A DNA stretch of 64,000 nt, taken from contig NC_087437.1 of NCBI RefSeq assembly GCF_036321535.1, positions 14,882,001 to 14,946,000 of the forward strand, given 5' to 3'. This DNA comes from Camelus dromedarius. Taxonomy: Eukaryota. A program made the position numbers and the translations under genes. The notes beneath the pieces were generated by a model, which did not search any database, was not told the DNA's origin, and was given only the letters and a program-made list of their open reading frames with translations. Shown piece after piece: positions 1-12,133 of this stretch; positions within the stretch are counted from its first letter, which is position 1, and each line of letters starts with the position of its first letter.

Positions 1-399
1 GAGGCCAGGTTTGTGTATCATAGTCTCGTGCTCTCAACTTTGTGACTTCCGTGATTTACAGCCTCTTCTCACTCCCAGGACTATCTCTGGCCTCAGTGGA
101 GGGCAGGGTTAGTCTCTGGCAGAGGGAAGAACTTTTCATAGTCTTGGTAGGAGCTGAAACAAACAACAGTATTTCCTTAACAAAGATTCACCCTTTGCAC
201 ACAAGGAGAGTGGGCAGAATAAGAGCTATGGTGGGCTAAAATAATAAGGCAGACTGTTTAAATTCAATTGTAATACATTCTTACATTCTTAAGGCCAAAT
301 GCCGAGGCTGCTTTATTAGACGAGTCTTGGTTTGCAGTTTGAATTATTATATTGCCAGTCCCAAAACTTCATTTGATAGAAAGCCTATTTAAAATGTAT

Positions 400-1180
400 T
401 CAGGGCAGACGACTTGAACAAGAGGGCATCTAAATAGCCAATAAGCATATAGAAAGGTGCTCAACCTCATAAGTCATCAGAGAAACTCAAAATTATAGTG
501 CAAAACCACCAACACTCCCAGGAAAACAGCAAAAACGTGGAACAATCAAACTCTCCTACTTTTAAAGTGGGAGTAAAAATTGGTTCAACCGCTGGGGGAA
601 ACTGGCCGTATCTATCAGAGTTGAACATGTACCTACTTTATAAGCAAGCAATTACTCTTCCTGGAAAATAAAATACCCTGCAGAAATACATACATATGTG
701 CAGGAAAAGACGTGTGCCAGAATGTTCACAGTAGCACTCACAATAAGAGCCCAAACTGGAAACTACTGTCATTAACAGGAAAGATAAATAGCATGTCCTG
801 CAGACACAGTATGGGGTCATATGCAACACCAACATTGCCTGAAGGCCAACTATACACAGCAACATAGATGAATCTTACAAATATAGGCTCAAGTGAAAGA
901 AGACAGATTTGTACATATTGTGTGATTCAATATCTATGTTAAAAAAAATCAGCAGAATTAGTCAATGTTGCTAGAAGTCAAGATAATGAATGTCTTTGTG
1001 GGGAGATGGAAGGTAACTGGAAGACGGGCATCCCAGCTCTGTTAACGTTGTTTCTTGATGTGGGTACTTTTTATACACACATGTGCTCATTTGGTGATAA
1101 TTCATTAAATTGTATTCTCAGGATATGTGAAGTTTTATGTATGTTTATTATACTCCAAGAATAAGTTCTTAAAACTCTAT
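400..1180 (+). mobile_element. Old L1 (L1ME-like) 3' fragment
   Basis: L1 ORF2 C-terminal/3'UTR-like tracts (gacttgaacaag..aatagccaataagcatatagaaaggtgctcaacctca; gatgaatcttacaaa); boundaries approximate. Confidence 0.65.
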
Positions 1181-1231
1181 CTAAATTCAGAAGATTTCCC
1201 CCAGGCAGAGGTCACAGACTTCAGGGAGACT

Positions 1232-1266
1232 GGGCTGCGGGCTGCGGGCTGCGGGCTGCGGGCTGC
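1232..1266 (+). repeat. (GGGCTGC)x5 tandem repeat
   Basis: Five perfect 7-mers read directly. Confidence 0.95.
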
Positions 1267-1679
1267 AGGGGTGGGTAGAAGCCACCCTCTCGGTTTAGCG
1301 CTTCGCCTGACCTCAGCATGCTGCAGAAGGTTGCAGGGGACCGTGTCACGGAGGTGGGGGCCCGGAGAGTTTGCAGGAGGGACTCGGAGTGGATAACTGA
1401 GCTGCTTTCGGAGGAGGAGTCTGAGGATCCCTGAAAATTGTGTTTAAAACGTAGTGTATACGTGTGCACATGCTTTCCTGGGGAAAGGGTCCACCGTTTT
1501 CACCTTGCCGACCTCCCCTCAGTCCCGAGGAGTCTGTGTTCAGTACATCTAAGAGTTGCTTGTCTACATGAATGTCTGGGGGGATCAGGGAACCTACCTT
1601 CTAGTAACTAACCTGGGGCCCAGGCGGTCACTCTGGTCTCCGGTCTCAGTTTCTCTCTCTGTGGAGTAAGGCAGTCAGC

Positions 1680-2160
1680 CCAGCGGGCTCCTGGGTTGCT
1701 GCGGCTGGTACCTCCGGGGTGCGCACCCCTGGCCCGCGAGCGGAGATCCAGCTCAGGGCGCTGGGCATAGGGAGCAGCCGCGGGTGGGCGGGCAAGTGGC
1801 CCGGGGGAGGAGTGGGGGTGTGGCGAGCGCGATCCACCGGGAAGGGAGGGCGAACCCTTGGGAGGAGGCGGAGCCGCCCCGTCGCGGGCAGGTAAAACTG
1901 GCCGAGGTCCTGGAAGCCGGGTGGCTGTCGTGTGCCCGCAGCGGAGAATGAGGCTCGCCATCTGTGTCCTGCTGTGCGCGGGGTCGCTGGGTGAGTACGC
2001 ACGGGGAGCCGGGTGGGGGCCGGCCCTCCAGGTTAGGGACAGGATGCTAGCCAAGGGTCAGCCATCGCAGGATACTGCACTGCCTGATCTAAGAGACCTC
2101 AAAGCAGCCCAGCGCCTGGCTGGCCGCAAAGTGCCTTCCGCCTGCCGCGGCATCCTTGCA
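1680..2160 (+). promoter_or_regulatory. CpG-rich promoter/first-exon region of ICA with GC boxes
   Basis: Dense CpG and high GC; GGGCGG near 1786 and CCGCCC near 1874; spans the ATG at 1948. Confidence 0.75.
1948..1990 (+). CDS. INHCA: ICA exon 1 (signal peptide MRLAICVLLCAGSLG)
   Basis: agaATG start, 43 nt, donor gtgagt at 1991; clear paralog of TF exon 1 at 57317. Confidence 0.93.
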
Positions 2161-2201
2161 CCTGACAAACTTTCGCCCTTGCAGAAACCGGTAGCCTAGA
2201 G

Positions 2202-2531
2202 CAGGGGTTCACAAACTAGAACCAGCCGGCCAAATTCCGCCTGCTGCCTGTCGTACAGCCCGATGAGCTAAGAATGGTTTGTACATCTTTATATGGATGA
2301 AAGAGAATAAAAAAGACTAGTTGACACACGAAAATTGCATGAAATTCGAATGTCAGCATAGATAAATAGAATTTTTTTTGCAACAGCATCATGCTGATTC
2401 AGGTAAGCATTGTCCATGGCTGCTTTCAGGCTTTAAGCGCAGGGTTAAGTAATTGCCACAGAGATTGTGTGTGTCCTACAAATCTAGTAATTGACCAGCT
2501 AGTCCGTTACAGAAAAAGTTCATGACCCCTA
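2202..2531. mobile_element. hAT-Charlie MITE (MER58-like) with perfect 8-bp TSD GCCTAGAG
   Basis: CAGGGGT...ACCCCTA termini; TSD at 2194-2201 and 2532-2539. Confidence 0.85.
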
Positions 2532-3822
2532 GCCTAGAGGTTGTTGAACCAGTTCACAGCGGAGGAAACAAGGTCAAGGAGAATTCCAGGGCTCATGGAT
2601 TATTACTAAGAAGGGGAAGGGGGCACACGGCATGTCAGGTATGTAACTAAAAAGATCTTTTCTGCTCTAAACTGTACAATGCTTCCCATCCCTACCACAA
2701 ACCAGGGAAGTGAGGGAATACAGGGGAGAAACAATCAGCCTAGAATGGGATCCACCCACCACTCAGTGCCGTGTGACTCTGGGTGATCCCTTGCCCCCTC
2801 TGAGCTAATTTCCTCAGTTCTGTAGAAATTGCTTTTTCACAACAAATACGCAGTTGTTGTGAAAGTGAAATGAGGTTAGGTACCTAAGGACACAGCTCTA
2901 AATACAGGTGAGTTATCACTAGAAAAAAATCCTGCACATAAACATGAGGGGCCCCTTCCTGTGTTGGGGATCAGCAGAGCTCTTGGCTGGGTAGCTGTAA
3001 GGAAGACAATGGTGAAAAGTTACCGAGATGCAGGAGGACAGTCCTCCCTGGCTTAACAACTGGGTTTGTCCAGCCCTGGCTTAGGCAAGTCTCAGGCTGT
3101 CAAAGCATTTCTGGGATAGGGCATCTATCATGGGGGAAGGGGTAGCCTAGGCAGGGCAGAAGGAGAAGGCAGGAAGGGCGAGGAGTGCTTGTGGTGGACC
3201 CTCCCTGGCCCAGTGCTGCCACCTAGGGCTACACAGGGAGCTGGCCTGGGGCTGGGGCAGGCTGGCAAGGTAGCTATAGCTGTGGTCCCGCTACCTCACA
3301 GGAAATCCAAAGTACAGCCCCCTTGGTCTCTCCCTCATTGTTCCTGAACAGGGCTTGTGGTGTTTGTTCTTCCTCCATCCCCTCTCTTGGCAGTGTCAGA
3401 TACTGACCAAAAGTTCATTTTCCCAGTCAATTCTGTGTTTACAAACCAGAGGCAGGAGCTGCCTCTCCCCCAGCATTGCCCCCCACCCCCAACATTGGCT
3501 GCTGGACAAGGCTGCAGTCCAGGACGTGCCTTCTTCAAAGCTCAGTGTTCTCTGCCAACAAAAACTTTTCTGGTGGCAAATGACAGATATGCAACCAAAC
3601 TAGTTTAAACTCAAAAGGCCAAAGGAGAGGGAATGGTTATTAGTAGGCCTTGCAAGAGCCAAGAATCAGGGGCTCAGAACATCCTCCACCTTAGCCGCCA
3701 CCTACTTTCTCTGCCTCTTGCTCTTCTGGGGAAGAGATTTCTCCATGTAGTGAACATGTGGCCATCAGCAGCTTTTCCCTTCCAGGATCCGATTGAAATA
3801 TTCACTATGGGCTCTGATTGCC

Positions 3823-3947
3823 CATATATATGTGTGTGTGTGTTATATATATATATATACGTATGTATGTGTATATATATATATGTATATACGTATGTAT
3901 GTATATATAAAGTATATATATATATAACACACACACACATATATATA
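3823..3947. repeat. Compound (TA)n/(TG)n/(CA)n microsatellite
   Basis: Read directly. Confidence 0.9.
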
Positions 3948-3950
3948 CCT

Positions 3951-4061
3951 TATCTTTTTAAGTTTTTATTTAAAAAAATTTTAGTGGCGGTCCTGGGGAT
4001 TGAACCCAGGACCCCGTGCATGCTAAGCTTGCCCTCTACAGCACTGAGCGATACCCTCCCC
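3951..4061 (-). mobile_element. Camelid tRNA-derived SINE (Vic-1-like)
   Basis: Reverse strand reads GGGGAGGGTATCGCTCAGTG...GGTTCAATCCCCAG (pol III A/B boxes) plus an A-rich tail. Confidence 0.85.
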
Positions 4062-4179
4062 ACAATCGCCCCTTCTTGAAATCCTCCCACTGTCAGGTGG
4101 AGTTATTGATGGCTGGCTTCGTTTAGGTTACTTTACTCCACCGACCCTTATCTTGCTTGCACACACTCTCGTTCTTTGT

Positions 4180-5600
4180 CTTTTTAAAATCATTTTTATT
4201 GATGTATAACTTACATATAATAAAATGCCCTCCTTTAAGTATACATACAGTTCAGTGAATTTTGACAAATATATCTACCCATGTAACTACTGCCACAATC
4301 ACGATATAGAACATTACCATCACTCCCAATCTGTTCCCTACCCCTTCCCAGTCATTCCCATTTTTTCCCCACTTTTGGTAAGTTTTGCCTTTTCTAGGAC
4401 TTCACATAAATGGAATCATACAGTACATAGTCTTTTGTGTCTGGATTTTTTTTCACTCAGCATAATTGTCTAGGGGTTCATCCACATTGTTGTGGTATCA
4501 AAGTTGACTCCTTTTTATTGCTGAGTGGTATGCTGTGGTGTGGCTTTACCACAGTTTGTTATCTATGCATTTGTTAGTGGATGTTGAGGTTGACTGCAGT
4601 TTGGGCGTTTTACGACTAAAGCTGCTATGAATGTTAGTGTACAAGTCTTTGGGTGGGCATATGTTTTCATTTCTTTTGAATAAACATCTGAGAGTGGTAT
4701 CCTGGGTCAAAATGGTAAGTGTATGTTTACCTTGTTAAGAAAATGTCAAACTTTTCTGAGTAGTTGTACCATTTTACATTCCCACCAGCAATATGAGAAT
4801 TTCAGATGCTGGACATCCTGCCAACACTTGGTGTTGTCAGTATGTTCACATTTAGCCATTCTAGTAGGTGTGTTGTGGCATCTCACTATGGTTTTAAATT
4901 GCATTTCTCTGATGAGTAATAATATTGAACATTTTTTCCTGTTTTTATTGGCCACTTGTATATCTTCTTTAATAAAGTATCTGTTCAAATATTTCAATAT
5001 TTTTTCAATTGGATTATTTGACTTATTATTGAGTTTAAAAAGCCCTTTATTTATTCTGGATACAAGCCCTTGGTCAAATAGATGTATTACAATTGTTTTC
5101 TTCAAGTTTGTAGCTTAATTTTCCATTTTCCAAAAGATATATTTTGAAGAGCAGCTGTTTTACATTTCAATCAGGTTCACCTACCTATTTTTATTTTTTT
5201 TGTTTTTATGTTTTGTGTCCTCTCTAAAAATGGAATTGGCTATCCCTAAAGTCTCAATATTTTCCTCTCTGTTTTACTTTAGAAGTTTTAGAGCCTCAGT
5301 TTTTATGTTTTAGTCTACGGTACATTTTTAGTTAATTTTTATATATGGTGTAAAGTAAGAGTTGAGATTTACTTTTCTCATGGGGATATCCAGTTATTCT
5401 AGGACTTGTTTTTGAAAAGAATATCCTTTCGCCTCCTGAATTACCTTGGCAGCTTTGTTGAAAATGTACTGACCTTTATGTGGGTCAATTTCTAGACTCT
5501 GTGTTCTGTTTCATTGAGCTCTGTGTCTCTTCTTGTGCCAATAGCACTCTGCCTTGGTTACTGTCAGTTTGTAGTAAGTTTTGAAGGTAGTATAAATCTT
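4180..5600 (-). mobile_element. Old L1 (L1M) 3' portion, antisense
   Basis: Minus-strand ORF 4746-5105 (HLFDQGLVSRI...RYFIKEDIQVANK...WWECK) is an L1 ORF2 C-terminal remnant. Confidence 0.8.
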
Positions 5601-6169
5601 ACAATTCTATTGTTGTTTAGTTCCCTGTTTTCGTACCATGTGTTTGTCAAGACTTTAGCTTTTCCTCAACAATGTAAACGTCATTCACCCTATTTTATAC
5701 TCACACTTCTAAAATACATGGGAAGTGCCAAAGCTACAATCGTAATCATCTGAACATAAGCACAGGTGACTGAAAATGCAGACTTTCCAAAACGCTTTCC
5801 CAGTAAGTGCTTACCTTTGAGAAAGGAAAAAAAAAAAACTGCAATTGTATACAGTAGCTCTTTGGTATAGGATTCTCTCTGAGGAAATTTATCTCCTGCC
5901 CCATTCCTTTTGATATTTCTTGCTTACAGATAGTTCAAAGGCAGTACAGATTTTGGAGTCAAATAGAGCTGAGTGTTTCAAATATTAGCTTCATCTCTCA
6001 TTATTTGATGCCTCTGACAGTTTTTTGTTGTTGTTTGCTTTTTTTGTTTAGTCTCATCTACAAAATTGGAACACCAATATTCAACTGGCAGAACACTTGT
6101 GGACGTTAGAAGAGGGCCATGTACCTCGCCCACTCCCTGACATGCGAGGCCTCCTCAAAAATCACTAGT

Positions 6170-6497
6170 TGAGATTTGCAGATACTAACTACTATATATA
6201 AAATAGATAAACAACAAGTTTATACTGTACAGCACAGGGAACTTTATTCAGTATCTGTAGTAACTTATAATGAAAAAGAATAGAGGCACGGGGAACTATA
6301 TTTACTATCTTATAGTAACTGAAAGAGAATATGAAAACAAATATATGTATGTTCCTATTAAAAACAAGAAAGAAAAAGAATATGAAAGTGAACATACGTA
6401 GGTACATGTATGACTGAACTATTGTGCCGTACACCTGAAATTGACACAACAGTGTAGACTGACTGTACTTCAAATTAAAAAAAAAAAAAGAAAAAAA
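6170..6497 (+). mobile_element. Young artiodactyl/camelid L1 3' end with poly(A) and internal duplications
   Basis: ataaaatagataaacaacaag...gcacagggaac...cttcaaattaaaaa; same family at 14047, 27363, 34010 and 61390. Confidence 0.8.
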
Positions 6498-6749
6498 ATT
6501 GCTGGCTGTTAATGCTGTCACCTTCACCTTCTAGATTTCATCTAAGATAACATTTTGCTCAAATACCCTAGATTTGTAAGCAGCATGTTGCCTTTGTAAT
6601 ATTCTCGACACTAGTTACTGCAGCTTAAAGCACCAGTGAAATAAACAGCCTCTGATTTTAATGCCTGGGCAGTTATCACCATGGAAGGTTAGAGTATCCA
6701 ATGTCAAGATAAAGACTAAGTCACTAGGCCCACAGCTTCCTTCTCATAA

Positions 6750-7335
6750 TGTTTTTTTTTTTCTTTAGAGGTAAATTCACTAACATAAAATTAATCATTT
6801 AAAAGAGTACAATTCGGTGGTATTTAGTACAGTCACAGTGTTAGGTAACTACCACCTCTATCTAATTCCAATGCAATTTCATCTCCCCAAGAGAAAACCC
6901 AGTACCCATAAGCAGTCAGTACCCATCCTCCTGTCCCCCAGCCCCTGGCCACCACCAAGTTTCTTTTTGTCTCTATGGATTTACCTATTACAGATACTTC
7001 TTATAAATGGAATCATATAACGTGTGGCCTTTTATGTCTGACTTCTTTTGTTTAACGTAATATTTTCAAGCCTTACCAATGTTGTAGCATGTAGCAGTAC
7101 TTTATTCTTTTTATGGTAGAATACATTTCGTTGTACAGACATATTATATTTTGTTTGTCAGTTCATCCACTGATGTATATTTGGGTTGTTTCCACCTTTT
7201 TTGACTGTGGTGAATAGTGCTGCTGTGAATATTTGTATATATGTATTGGAGTACCTGTTTTTGATTCTTTTGGATCTATACTTAGGAGTAGAATTTCTGG
7301 GTCATATGGTAATTCTATATTTAGCTTTTGGGGGA
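6750..7335 (-). mobile_element. L1MB-like 3' end, antisense
   Basis: Minus-strand ORF remnant (KLNIELPYDPEILLLSI) and poly(T) at the left end. Confidence 0.75.
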
Positions 7336-7530
7336 TGCTTTTAGCTTTTTTTCTCCACAGGGAAAGGTACAATCAGAGAAATGGGACCTGAGAATTTATG
7401 TGAGCCAGGCAGCCAATCCAATTTTTGTCTACCCCTCTCAGCCAACCCTGGACCTTGTCTTTAACTTCTTCTTCCAGCAGAGAAAGGTGGGTGCGGTGGG
7501 TCCCTTACACTCCTGCCCTCTCTCCCCCAG

Positions 7531-7703
7531 GGCTGTGTTTGGCTGTTTTTGAGAAAACTGTGAGATGGTGCGTTGTCTCAAGTTCTGAGTCCGAGAAGTG
7601 CTCCCATTTCCGTGGTGTTACGAGCAAACTCATTCCATTGGAAGGTGCTCATATCACCTGTATAAAGAGAGACTCTTACCTTGCCTGCCTCAGGGCCATT
7701 GAG
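7531..7703 (+). CDS. INHCA: ICA exon 2 (GLCLAVFEKTVRWC...SYLACLRAIE)
   Basis: tctcccccag acceptor, gtaagt donor, 173 nt, VRWC motif and 4 mature-chain Cys. Confidence 0.95.
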
Positions 7704-8648
7704 GTAAGTCACTGCTGCCTAGAGAGAATGGAAGGAAATCAATACTTTCTTCTTTTTCTGCACATGTTATTGTTTATGGCTTCAGAACAATTTTCTCCCC
7801 ACAGGAACTAGACCGTGCTTTAGAGGAGAAAGAAATAAGCTAGAGACCTGAAAGTACAGAGAGCGGGTGTAGACAAAAACATAGGTGTTCAACATTCATT
7901 AGTAGTGAAAACAACAATAATAATAATTAAACAACTGGTAGAGGAGGACTCAGTGAAAATGCCCATGGTAAAGCAGAGCCAGACCTGCACTGGAAGGGAA
8001 ATCTACAAATACTGAGAAACAAACAAGAAGCTCTAGTATCACTATTATTACTTAATACTGTTTTTGGAATTTCCCAGTAATGCAGTAAGATATAAAATGC
8101 CTATGAGTCGGAAACAAACAAAATACCAATATTTTCCAGACAATTTCATGCTTAGAAAGTACAGTGGAATCAAGAGAGATGTTTATTAGTGAAAAAATTA
8201 GTTTGGTAAAGGATAAATATATCACAATTAATGTTATTTTCGTATATGAACAATCACTAGTTGGACAAAAATAGCCCCAAATTGTGATCTCATTTACATT
8301 AAAAATGATATACAGGAAAATGTTTCAGGAAAAAAAAATCACATGAGAGATCTGCAAGATTGTCATGAATATAAAACAAAAGTCTGGGGCAAGTGAAAAA
8401 TATTTATTAACAAATTAAAACATATGCCATATTCCTAGATAGGAAGACTAAACATCATATATTTGCATAGTCTTCCAAAATTAATTCCTAAAATTAACAT
8501 AATTTTCATCAAAAATATATTATAATTTTAAAAGTTATTAAAATAGTTTTTAAATTCTTAAGAAAATGCATGGATGAGAATATAAAATAGTATGAAAAAT
8601 AAAATTGCCAGGGGAGTGACTGAGGCCTGCCTGGAACTATAACATACT

Positions 8649-8750
8649 GATTGATTGAATGATTGATTTTAATGGAGGTACTGGGTATTGAACTCGGGAC
8701 CTCATGCATGCTAAGCACACACTCTACCACTGACTTATACACCTCCTCTC
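8649..8750 (-). mobile_element. Vic-1-like SINE with degenerate TSD, inside an old L1
   Basis: Pol III boxes on the minus strand; flanks ATAACATACT (8639-8648) and ATAACGTATT (8751-8760). Confidence 0.82.
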
Positions 8751-10099
8751 ATAACGTATTCAAATAAATGTTACAAAGAACAGCGTCCTTGGACAGATGG
8801 AGCAAACTTAGATGTCTTGGATGTTTGGAAATCCGTCCATCTCTCTAATTATCTACAAGATATGATGTAGATGGAGACTATGATAAATGTCCAACCTTAG
8901 GGCCCTTGAGCCTGAGGTTTAATTTTATGTAAGACATGTGGATTTAGACAGGTATGTAAGATAAGGCAATCTTTCTAAACCAATGGTTGAGAAAGGATTT
9001 TTTAGTTGGACAAGGTAGCCATTTAGAAATAAAATCAAGTGAGATTTTTAATCCATTTACCAAAATGAATTCCTAGTTTGACTCAAGTTTACTAATATAG
9101 ATGGATATAACAAGATAAATCACAAAATTAGGCAACTTTGGAGATGGAAAAATTTTAAATCTCTGAAAAAAAAAATTTTTAAAGCCCTAAGCATACAGAA
9201 AAATATATACACATCAGCTATGACAAAACAGCATAGTGTAAAAGCTATATAAAGATGTTTAAATTTATAAGAATAACAAGCTATAAACAAACTACTCACA
9301 GAAATTGCAACTAATAGATGATATAAACAAGGAAGGAAAAATGTTCATCCTTTTTAATAATCGAAGAGATGCAAATTAATCCATCCTTAAAGTCACAGTT
9401 TATAATTAGTTATGTAATAATATTTCTTAAATGATAGTGTTTCTTTCTGGTAGTTTTGGATAAAATTGGTATGAATTTCTCTTGGCACTGTAAGTTAGAA
9501 ATTTCGACATCATTTCTGGGAGACACTTTGGAAGTATTCAGTAAAGGTCATAAAGAGGCATACAAACTTTGATTTAAGTATTTTTCTCTAATTCATTCCA
9601 ATATGTACATGTATGTGTGCACATGTATGGAGAGAATTGATTTGTTACAGGAATCTGACCTTATGCAACTGTGGGAGCTGGTTAAGCAGCCTCTGTAAGA
9701 CTGTTGTCTTTGCATCTGATAGTGGAACTGGAGGAAGACATAGTCAGGAGGGAAGATGTATATAAAGCAGGGTAGAGTGAGAACCAGAGCCAGAGCCCCT
9801 GGGGATGGACTGAAACCCATGTCAATTCTTGTTGCTTCTGACCTTGATGGTGCTCACGAGGCCTTGTGGTCTTCTTGTCCTTTTACCTTTATACTAAATC
9901 CCTCCTTTTCTTAAGTTGGTTTCTGATATATGCATCTAATAGGGTACTAACTTTATATAAATACATACACATATATGAATAACTATTGTAAAATATGCAT
10001 GAGAAAAAATGGGATGGGAAAAGAGAAGCAAATATATAGAAACAATATTAAATTTATAAAAAGCTAAATTACTTTAAATGTCAGTTAATACATGAATAA

Positions 10100-10490
10100 A
10101 AAGCATTATTTACAATAGTCAAGATATGGAAGCAACCTAAGTGGCCATCAGTATGAATGAATAAAGGAGCAATGGTGTATATATACAACAGAATATTACT
10201 CAGCCATAAAAATGAAATCTTGCCATTTGTGACAACAATGACAAACCTTGAAGGTATTATGCTAAGTGAAATAACTCAGACAGAGAAAGACAAATACTGT
10301 ATGATTTCACTGATATGTGGGATCTAAAAAACAAAACAAATGAACAAATAGAACAGAACAGAAACAGAGTCATAGATACAGAGAACAAACAGGTGGTTGC
10401 CAGAGGGGAGGCAGATAGGAGGAAGAAAGAAATAGGTGAAGGAGATTAGGAGGTACAAACTTCTAGCTGCAAAAAACAAACAAACAAAAG
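10100..10490 (+). mobile_element. L1MA-like 3' end fragment
   Basis: gcattatttacaatagtcaagatatggaagcaacctaagtg...gctaagtgaaataactcagacagagaaagacaaatactgtatga. Confidence 0.75.
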
Positions 10491-10654
10491 TTTTCCGTGA
10501 TGGTGAGGGAAATGATCCACCCTCATTTTTTAGAAGAGGCTGTGAGTTTACTGCTTCTCACAGGAAGGAAGGAAACCTTAGCTGACAGATCCTTGGAGAG
10601 GGAATCCAGATTCAAGAGTGCAAAACATGACTTCTTATGGATGGAAATATTCTA

Positions 10655-10985
10655 TAGTTCATTCACTCACTTATCCAGAGGCATTTATTGAACATCTACT
10701 TGCAGTAGCTGCTAGGATTCAAGAGGCTAAACCCACACAGCAGTAATATCCCCGCCTTGGCAGAGCTTGCATTCCAAAGGGGAGAACAAGCAATAAACGA
10801 AAAAGGTTTGTCAGGTGGTTGATAAAGGCTCAGGAGAAAAACAGAAGGCTTCCAGCATTTGCAAGGTGGTAGCTTAAAGAGCGTGGTTGGGGAAAGGCTC
10901 ACTGAGAAAGCTTTCGAGCCTACACGAGGGAGGCGGAGGAGGTCTGAGCCATGCAGGTATCTATGTGGCAAGTGTCCCCAGCAGA
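10655..10985 (-). mobile_element. L2 3' fragment directly upstream of ICA exon 3
   Basis: ttcattcactc...gcatttattgaacatctac, the antisense L2 3' end signature. Confidence 0.6.
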
Positions 10986-11031
10986 GGGTTAGGTGAGGGG
11001 CTACATTCACGTCTGGTCTCTTCTCTTTCAG

Positions 11032-11140
11032 GCAAAACAGGCAGATGCTGTGACCGTCGAAGGCAGTTTGCTGATTCAGGAAGGCCTGGCCACCTATAAC
11101 CTGAAGCCCATTGTGGCAGAATTCTATGGGTCAAAAGATG
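11032..11140 (+). CDS. INHCA: ICA exon 3 (AKQADAVTVEGSLLIQEGLATYNLKPIVAEFYGSKD)
   Basis: ttctctttcag acceptor, gtgcgt donor, 109 nt, ADAVT and LKPIVAEFYG motifs. Confidence 0.95.
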
Positions 11141-11974
11141 GTGCGTCCTCCGTGGGGACCCAGGTCTCTGTTCTGACACAGCAGCCACGGGTGGAGGCAG
11201 GGGCTTTGTCAGCATTATACTTGCAGGGAACAAAGTTGCTGGAGCTCTCTGGAACGTGAGAGGCTGTCCCCTCCGCTGACCCATGGAGGCTGGGATCTTG
11301 GTTCTCCCTGGGAAGCTGTGAACATTATACATCCTGATGGGAAAGCCGCTGGTGCTGCTGATTGAGAGGCGGACGCACTCTCCAGAGTCCACCACCCACC
11401 CAGTGGAGTTGCACCAATGGGAGGCCCGTCTTCAGAGACACACAGGCCCGACAGCCTCTTCCCTGTGCCAAGTGCCCCTCAGGTGCCATAGAACATCGGC
11501 CTGTGAATGTTGCGAGGAGAGGTTTTGGAGAGTCAAAGAATGGGGTTTTGCCTCCTGCCATACTTGTCCATGAGTGTCACCAGTGTGTGTGAGCATACCC
11601 TGCTTCCAGCTGAGCCCAACTTGCAGGGCCCTGGCAGAATCCTGGGGGTGGCCCAGGTACCTTCACCTTCGTGTCTGGGCTGCAGATAGAGAAGCAGAGA
11701 AGGGAGAAAAGTCCTTGGGGAGAAACAGTAACAGCAGAATGACCAGGAGCTGCAGGCTCTGTAATGACTGATGTGAAAAAGGATTAAAGTTTATTGCCTT
11801 AAAAAGGAACAGTTTTCTTTCTCCTGTCGAGTAAAGGCCATTCCCTTTCCTTTTATGCCCACTTACCAGGAGATGTTGCAGGTCCTAGTATCTCCCCAAA
11901 TTCCTCATTGTACACACAGTCGGTGCAATGATGTGGCCTCTTCCTTTGGTCCTTCTTTCTCTGCTCCTTTGCAG

Positions 11975-12133
11975 ATCCACAGACCCACCATTATGTCGTA
12001 GCTGTGGTGAAGAAGGGCAGCAACCTCCAGCTGGGCCAGCTGCAAGGCAGGAAGACCTGCCACACGGGCCTGGGATGGTCTGCTGGGTGGAACACCCTCA
12101 TTAGGGGATCTCCCTCTGACTCCCTGGAAGCAG
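11975..12133 (+). CDS. INHCA: ICA exon 4 ([14 protein letters not shown]...[27 protein letters not shown])
   Basis: cctttgcag acceptor, gtaagc donor, 159 nt, transferrin signature VAVVKK and CHTGLGxSAGW. Confidence 0.95.

Noticed and set aside
3633..4079. 148-aa ORF rich in Y/I/V/C
   Set aside because: Translation of a TA/TG microsatellite plus an antisense SINE.
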